64,000 bases of DNA from Eledone cirrhosa. Lineage: Eukaryota. The position numbers and the translations under genes were made by a program. Below, piece by piece: positions 55,735-64,000 of the stretch. Position 1 is the first letter of the stretch; the number at the start of each line of letters is the position of its first letter. The stretch spans positions 82,832,001-82,896,000 of the forward strand of contig OZ024745.1 in the NCBI GenBank assembly GCA_964016885.1. The letters are read 5' to 3'. The notes under the pieces were generated by a model. That model saw only the letters and a program-made list of their open reading frames with translations, did not search any database and was not told the origin of the DNA.

Positions 55735-56821
55735 ATAATAATAAATTTGAAGACTAAAATCCAAAGAGGGCTCGATAAGGATAAATATATATCAAATATA
55801 AAAGAACCGTAGAGCAAATATTTATTAAAATAACAGATTAAAGTTTAAGCAAAGAATCGCTGCTTTCACCCTTAACGGGATTTTCTGAAACTAACAAAGC
55901 CAATCTGTGAACGCAGAAGTGAATATTTCAAAAAACGTTGCAACCGGAGGAAGACAAAAAGACGATACTTTGGTTCGTAGAAACGTTCCCTGGCAAAGAA
56001 CGGGAAAAAACGAATATAATACGTCATTATTTGGAGCGGTGAAAAACAATTACACTCAAAGACAGAACCACGTTTATGGTATAAAAGAAGTCGTAGACTA
56101 ATATTCTCTTAGGTGGTTCATAGAGACGTTCTCTGGCAATGAACGGAAAAAACGAAGATAATACGTCATATGTAGGGCGTGGAGAACAATTGCACGCAAA
56201 GACAAAACCACGTAAATGGTATAACTGAAGTCGTAGACTAAAATTCTAACTAGGAAACCGAATGATTCTCCGCATCAGAGTTAAGAATAAAGTAACTAAA
56301 ATACAGAGGTAATTGAAATTAAATGAATACATACACGCATCCAAATACGTACATACACAAGCATACGCGAAAATACTCGCCATAGGTATACAAATACTTG
56401 CACATATAAATATGTGTGTGTGTGTGTGTGCGTGTATACAAATAATTAAATAAACGTATATAAATAAATAAATACGTATATAACAAGCGCACACACATAC
56501 CTACATGTAAATACACAAATGTTCGGAGACGTACGTCAACGAAAACACGAAGTACACATATACACACACCCTACATACGTACGAACCCGTATACTCACAC
56601 AGACGCAAAACACACGTATACACATAACCAAAAGCATATGTACCTGAATATATAAAATATACGCCAAAACATATACAATCAAATATACGTAATAGAAAGT
56701 ATACGTACCTTCACAAAACATACAGGTAATATATACTTACCTATGCAAATAAGTAATGGTATAAACATAACATATACTTAGATACCACATCAAGACGTAA
56801 AATATCCGCGTATAGATCGTA

Positions 56822-58357
56822 CTATCCGTTAGGGTATAATGTGGGGCTGTAATACAGGAAAGTTTTGTGCAATTTATGTTTACAAGCCGAAATTGCCTCA
56901 GATTTTTTGTTTAAGATGTGGTCTGTGGCGTAGAGTATTTCCAGGGCCTCAGCGGCGCAGAGGTCACAATGTCTTTTATTTCCGTTATACGATCTAGCCC
57001 TAGCTAGGATCTCCCAGTGTAATTTATATTGGGTGTGGCTGTCTTTTAGACTCCAGATATAAGTTGAAAGTGATTTCATATTCCTTCTTAGAGGGTAACG
57101 AAAAGAATGGGTATGCATGTAAAGACGCTGCTTGAATCTATTGACAGTTAACCCTATGTAGGCCCTACGGGATGTGGGTGTTTCATCTTTACATTTGCAG
57201 ACAATGTTACTAGAGAGGCATTTCCCGGATAGGGGGCAATCAACCCGATTCCTACAATTACAGTTAGTACTAACTACAGTGTTGCACGTGTTCCTACGGC
57301 TAGGTAGTTTAGCTAAATTTGAAGCTGTGATGTTATGTGCAAGGTTAGGTGTCGTAGAGTAAGAAATTTTAATAGTATTTCTATTAAAAATGTTACTATA
57401 TTTATGTGTAGGGGGAAAATGCTTCGTAATAAGGGATAGAAAGATCTTAGCTAATGGCGTGGCCACCTCCATATTATATGGCGGGTTATACCATATAATG
57501 CGTCGGGATCTATTTCTTCTAGGTCTATTCTCGTACTCTGTATATGCAACCTTATCGACAAATCCACATCCGAGCAAAAGCTTCATTGTAATATGTGGAA
57601 TGGTCGTTGAAAATATGCTCGTTAGTAGATAGACGGGAAAGCCTCAAAGAGATGATTCTTACCAGGTTCTTGGTTATGCTGGCAGGATGGTTGGAATGCT
57701 TACTTATGTAATTAAACTTATCATTCGGCTTTCTATACGGGTAATACAAGCCATTCGATAAATTGAGGGTAACGTCGAGGTAATTAAGGACCGAGAGGTT
57801 GGCCTCAACCTGTATAGAGAGGTTGAAGCCTTTAAAGAAGGCTGTGAGTTCTTTTCTGAACCTGTCGCAAGCACGAGGGCCGCACTTAGTCATGGTCAAA
57901 AGACCATCATCACGGTACAAACCACTGCCCACGTTGGGGAATTCGTCCTTGATAGAGAAAAGAAGGAAAAGGCCGATAAGATCAGTAACCTCCGCAGAAT
58001 CGCTGGCGCCCATACTCACGTTGAATGGGGGTACTATTAGATTTTTTAATCCAAATAGAGTCGTCGAAATTAATCACCGACTTACGGGCATTGAGGATGA
58101 CATCAACTTCGAAATCCTTAACCACTGTGAGTGTTTTAGCGAAATTGATAGCTCTAAGAAGAAGTGGTAAAGTGATGGAGGAGTAGTAATTATTGATGTC
58201 GAATTGGATAAAACGGCAATGTTCCTTGTTGCATATGCCGTTGAACCAATCAATCACCGCGAAAGAATTGTTCCACAGTGCAAGAGGGGCCGAACTTCTA
58301 ATTTCAGGTATAATTCTATCAAGAATCCTTTTACTAAGTCTACTTAAATCGGACTTA
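56822..58357 (-). pseudogene. PLE RT/GIY-YIG, frameshifted
   Basis: QFDINNYY, MGASDSAE, GLYRDDGL, LNYLDVTLNL, SNHP, RRIIWYNPPY, CNCRNRVDCPLSGKC, AYIGLT..FKQR, CDLC..E, CKH. Confidence 0.92.
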
Positions 58358-58697
58358 AATCGCTGCTTTCACCCTTAACGGGATCTACTGAAACTAACAA
58401 AGTCAATCTGTGAACGCAGAAGTGAATATTTCAAAAAACGTCACAACCGGAGGAAGACAGGAAGACGATACTTTGGTTCGTGGAAACGTTCCCTGGCAAA
58501 GAACGGGAAAAAACGAATCTAATACGTCATTATTTGGAGCGGTGAAAAACAATTACACGCAAAGAGAGAACCACATTTATAGTATAAAAGAAGTCGTAGA
58601 CTAATATTCTCTTAGGTGATTCATAGAGACGTTCTCTGGCAATGAACGGAAAAAACGAAGATAATACGTCATATGTGGAACGCGAAGAACAATTGCA

Positions 58698-59686
58698 GAT
58701 AGAGGCCAACCTCTCAGTCGTTAATTACCTTGACGTTACCCTCAATTTATCAAATGGCTTGTATTACCCGTATAGAAAGCCGAATGATAAGTTTAATTAC
58801 ATAAGTAAGCATTCCAACCATCCTGCCAGCATAACCAAGAACCTGGTAAGAAACGTTTTTTTTAGGCTTTCCCGTCTATCTACTAACGAGCATATTTTCA
58901 ATGACCATTCCACATATTACAATGAAGCTCTTGCTCGGATGTGGATTTGTCGATAAGGTAGCATATACAGAGTACGAGAATAGACCTAGAAGAAATAGAT
59001 CCCGACGCATTATAGGGTATAAGACACCATATAATATGGAGGTGGCCACACCATTAACTAAGATCTTTCTATCCATTATTACGAAGCATTTCCCCCCTAC
59101 ACATAAATATAGTAAAACCTTTAATAGAAATACTATTAAAATTTCTTACTCTACGACACCTAACCTTGCACATAACATCACAGCTTCAAATTTAGCTAAA
59201 CTACCTAGCCGTAGGAACACGTGCAACCCTGTCGTTAGTACTAACTGTAATTGTAGGAATCGGGTTGATTGCCCCCTATCCGGGAAATGCCTCTCTAGTA
59301 ACATTGTCTACACATGTAAGGTTGACACACCCACGTCCCGTAGGGCCTACAAAGGGTTAATCGCCTATAGATTCAAGCAGGGTCTTTACATGCATATCCA
59401 TTCTTTTCGTTACCCTCTAAGAAGGAATATGACGTCACTTTCAGCTTATATTTGGAGTATAAAAGACAACCACACCCAATATAAGTTACACTGGGAGATC
59501 CTAGCTAGGGTTAGATCGTATAACGGAAATAAAAGACAATGTGACCTCTGCGCCGCTGAGGCCCTGGAAATACTCTACGCCACAGACCACATCTTAAACA
59601 AAAAATCTGAGGCAATTTCGGCTTGTAAACATAAATTGCACAAAACTTTCCTGTATTACAGCCCCACGTTATACCCTAACGGATAG
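58698..59686 (+). pseudogene. PLE RT thumb plus GIY-YIG, inverted duplicate
   Basis: Near-identical translation to 56822-57815. Confidence 0.9.
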
Positions 59687-60612
59687 TACGATCTACACGC
59701 GGATATTTTACGCTTTGATGTGGTAGCTAAGTATATGTTATGTTTAAACCATTACTTATTTGCATAGGTAAGTATATATTACCTGTATGTTTTGTGAAGG
59801 TACGTATACTTTCTCTTACGTATATTTGATTGTATATGTTATGGCGTATATTTTATATATTCTGGTACATATGCTTTTGGTTATGTGTATATGTGAGTTT
59901 TGCGTCTGTGTGAGTATGCGGGTTCGTACGTATGTAGGGTGTTTGTATATGTGTACTTCGTGTTTTCGTTGACGTACGTCTCCGAACATTTGTGTATTTA
60001 CATGTAGGTATGTGTGAGCGCTTGTTATATACGTATTTATTTATTTATATACGTTTATTTAATTATTTGTATACACGCACATACACACACACATATTTAT
60101 ATGTGCAAGTATTTGTATACCTATGGCGAGTATTTTCGCGTATGCTTGTGTATGTACGTACTTGGATGCATGTATGTATTCATTTAATTTCAATTACCTC
60201 TGTATTTTAGTTACTTTATTCTTGACTCTGAAGCGGAGAATCATTTGGTTTCCTAGTTAGAATGTTACTCTACGACTTCAGTTATACCATTTACGTGGTT
60301 TTGTCTTTGCGTGCAATTGTTCTCCACGCTCCACATATGACATATTATCTTCGTTTTTTCCGTTCATTGCCAGAGAACGTCTCTATGAACCACCTAAGAG
60401 AATATTAGTCTACGACTTCTTTTATACCATAAACGTGGTTCTGTCTTTGCGTGTAATGGTTTTTCACCGCTCCAAATAATGACGTATTATATTCGTTTTT
60501 CCCGTTCTTTGCCAGGGAACGTTTCCACGAACCAAAGTATCGTCTTCTTGTCTTCCTCCGGTTGCAACGTTTTTTGAAATATTCACTTCTGCGTTCACAG
60601 ATTGGCTTTGTT

Positions 60613-60663
60613 AGTTTCAGAAGATCCCGTTAAGGGTGAAAGCAGCGACTCTTTGCTTAAACT
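60613..60663 (+). ncRNA. Atypical hammerhead-like motif (CAGAAGA core)
   Basis: agttt-CAGAAGA-t ccc gttaa ggg t-GAAA-gca gcgactctt tgc-TT-aaact. Confidence 0.5.
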
Positions 60664-60679
60664 TTAATCGGTTATTTTA

Positions 60680-60730
<51 letters not shown>

Positions 60731-60889
60731 ATATTAACAAATGGAAACTATATTTATAAAACCATATCTCTATTTTATAAATATAGTTTCCATTTGTTAA
60801 TATCATATATTTACTCCAAATACTTGAGTGCTTTATATCAATTATAAAAATATTTGCTTGTTGTATCACAACAATTTAAATAGAACTTT

Positions 60890-60931
<42 letters not shown>

Positions 60932-61917
60932 TAATCATATGTGCATATAATGTTTGTGAACCTTCATCGATTTCGTCGACGCGAAATATATGTGCAAGCA
61001 AATGAGCATTCAAAAGAAACATACATTTAACGTAATTCTCGGGGAGATTCAGCGTGACACATTGTATGAAAAGGCTCGCTCTTTAACGTACGGTTACTAC
61101 TGTCCATCTAATAGTCTTCCAAACAGGTTCCGTCTATCTAATTTCACTCACAAGACAATAGACTAGTTATTTCGTTTGAGCTTGTTGTTAGGGGAAGTGT
61201 TATTTATTTTATTTGCATATTTAATTTTGAGAATATTATTTGAAATATTATTATATTATTATAGTTTTGCTTGCCACTATACATTTTGTTAACGTGAGGG
61301 TTCCGATAATGACTTTTGATAATGGCATTCTGGATAAAAACGAATCCTTATACAGAGTGATAGGCTTAATATACTTCTCTTGAGGAGAGAATTGATAATG
61401 AATCGCATGCCTAGCTATTCCTACTATGAAACATTCGTAAAAGAACATATACAAATCTTTGTTAGCAAAGTACATCCTCTAGTGTTCCTTCGATCTATGC
61501 ACAGGCAATATCGTTACGAACTCAATTTATTCAATAAAATACTAATTCGACAAAACAATGCAAATAAATTATTTGAGAAGTGAATGCAGTGGCATCAGAA
61601 GCGATAAACTGGTGGACTATATTGTAAAGTGTATTCACACACATCCCTCTCAAATCTGGGTTTAAATATCATCAGAAATACGTTTGAGTTCCAGCCATCA
61701 CAATTAGATAAAATAAATAATATATATATGCTCAAGTAATTTTCTCATCGACTATAATCCTTTCTTAGAAAATGTTCACATTAAGACATCCTTACTACAG
61801 GTGTGATTTAACAGCTTAAAGAGGATAAGAAGGCATGAGCTCTAACGAAGTGGATGTTTAATTTGACAAATGGTATAAAGAGAGAGTAAGAAGGAGGGAG
61901 AGAGAGTAAGAGAGAAG

Positions 61918-61986
<69 letters not shown>

Positions 61987-63084
61987 GGGGAGAGAAAGAA
62001 AGAAAAAGAAAGAGAGTGAGAGAGGTAGCGACTGGAGTAAAATTTAAAATCAGATTGTCACCTAATTTTAGTTTGGATTTCAATTTAATAATTAATCACT
62101 TTTCGAAATAGAATCACTATTTATTGGGAGTTAGCTCAAAAGATAAAAGCCCAAGATGGAGCTAGAATGTTTGAACACAGATTAGTGCAACACAAAAATA
62201 ATTACCATCAATTATTTTGCTCTCCAGGATAATCTCCATCCCAAATCATTTGAGCTTTACTGCATTTTCTTGTTCTCAAAACCAAAGCAGAATGTAAACC
62301 TTAAGTTAATGCTAAATGTTACAATACTAATTATTTCAAGTTAACATTTTACAAATGCCTCAAAATCACATATTGAGTATTTATGTAAGATGATTACATA
62401 TAGAACGTTATACCACACAATCCCCACTGAATTTAAGATGACCCTCGTAAATTCGAAACAATATTTATTGTCGTATCTCTAGATTCTGATTTCAAATTTG
62501 ATTTGTTAGAGACCAAGTATATTTTTAATTTTTCCGGAAATGTAAAATATTTAACATACATATCTTAGCACCAATGAAATTGGCTATATCCCTGTTTTAT
62601 AATTGTATAACGTTGGGAGAAATTAATGGTAAAAACAAACGTCCGGGATGAGGACAGCGGTAAAAAAGTTAATCTCTCTTCATTCCCTGTTTCAACGATT
62701 TTATTTAGAGTCAATAAACCCATCAAGGTTTTACACTCCCAGACCAATTCTTTCCTCCTTCGAAAACAGAGAATACTTCGGCCAAGTCGAAAGAAACCGA
62801 CTTTTAAAATAAACATTTAAAACTATTATGGAAATGTTTTTCTCTTCATTATTGGTGTTATTAAATTTTAGGAAGCTTTTCTGTAATATTTAGTCCGATG
62901 TCCTGAACTGAGAAAGGTTGCAAAATTATGGCTATTTTGATTTTGGAAATTAGTAATGTTAATTGCTGATAACTTATATTTGATTTGGTATCGTTACCGC
63001 ATAAGCCAATAAATGTCATTGTTGTTCAAAGAGAAAGAGAAAGAGAAAATTAGATAATAAATATATTTTCAAAGACCTGCTACA

Positions 63085-64000
63085 GTGTGAATATTTGGTC
63101 GGCTGTGCGAGTTTCGACTCAACAATTACCTTACATCTTTTTGCCAGAAAATTAGCATAGGCTTTACCGGGGAGGTTTAACAAAGAGATCCCTCTACAAC
63201 TGGAGCAATCCCTCTTGTCTCCCTCTGTAAACATTGGGATTATCACTCCCGATTGCCATTGCCTAGGTACCTTCCCAGAGATCTACGCAATCCGGTACAC
63301 AGGAGTTAGTCACAGAATACCTTCTCCATTGAAGACTTTTAACATCAAGGTTCGAACTTTTTAAATTTCTTTAATTGCTTTCGTGACCTCAGCGTCCTCG
63401 AAGTTAGTATTCTTTCTCAGTTGCACCTCCTGTAGATCAGACGATGCTGGTATAAACTGGCTTAGCAAGCTATTCTCTCTACCCCACGAAGATGCACCTC
63501 TCTGCAGACGCATTCCTGGTAGCAGGAGGGGAGGAGTGGTCCTTATTACGAAAACAACGGATGTTCTGGCAATACATTTTAATTGCTGATCTGAAGTCGG
63601 ATTCCAGCTTAACTCCAAAGTTCTCCCTTACCTTAACGTTTGATACCTATACTGTCCCTGCTGCGACTTTTCGCGCCTGCTTTTACCGCAAGTGCAAGAG
63701 GAGGACTTATTTCCTAGACAAGGTTTGTGCGCGTCCTTCTCTGCACATGACTTGGTATTACTTAACTCATCAGAAGATGATTTTCGACATGCACTTGATA
63801 AGTTTGCTTCCGATTGATGCACGTCTGGAATGAAAATCAGTACTGCAAAGACTGAGACACTAGTCCTCTTAAAGAAGCCTGCGTAGTGCAATCTACATGA
63901 GAGTTGAGTTACACTGAAGCAGGTGGAGAAGTTAAAGTATTTCGGGGTTGCGGTCATGGGTGGCAGAAGGCAGGAGGTAATGAAAAGAAGGGAGGTAGGT
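63085..64000. mobile_element. RTE-clade LINE RT relics (minus 63085-63750; plus 63760-64000)
   Basis: Minus: EVTKAIK, IIPMFTEGDKRDCSSCRGISLLNLPGKAY. Plus: GMKISTAKTETLVL, LKQVEKLKYFGV. Confidence 0.75.

Larger units (their letters stand above)
55735..60685. mobile_element. Naiad-type PLE with about 2-kb inverted arms (55820-57815 / 58698-60685)
   Basis: Minus arm RT plus GIY-YIG 58357->56822; plus arm 58698-59686 plus 3' UTR; extra UTR copy 58358-58697; both ends in (TA)n. Confidence 0.92.

Overview
AT-rich, repeat-saturated eukaryotic intergenic or intronic DNA. The tRNA-derived SINE family and abundant (TA)n/(CA)n/(CATA)n tracts resemble octopus/cephalopod genomes (inference). No intact host gene was recognised. 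The window opens with a 4.8-kb, indel-free 42-bp minisatellite. The rest is a mosaic of decayed retroelements (R4/Dong RLE-LINEs, RTE and L2/CR1-like fragments), SINEs, mariner and Chapaev3-like relics, and several families of Penelope-like elements (PLEs; RT plus GIY-YIG, Naiad-type and Neptune-like) inserted in (TA)n. The main hidden signal is about 18 type I hammerhead-ribozyme motifs in PLE terminal repeats. Three unrelated Naiad-type families share a non-canonical hammerhead with a CCGANGA core (U4->C), a palindromic CAATTG helix III and a long helix II insert. A fourth family has a CAGAAGA core. Many PLE insertions are fold-backs, and several turn at hairpins already present in the template, including the ribozyme helices. 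All folds were derived by eye; coordinates of decayed elements are approximate.
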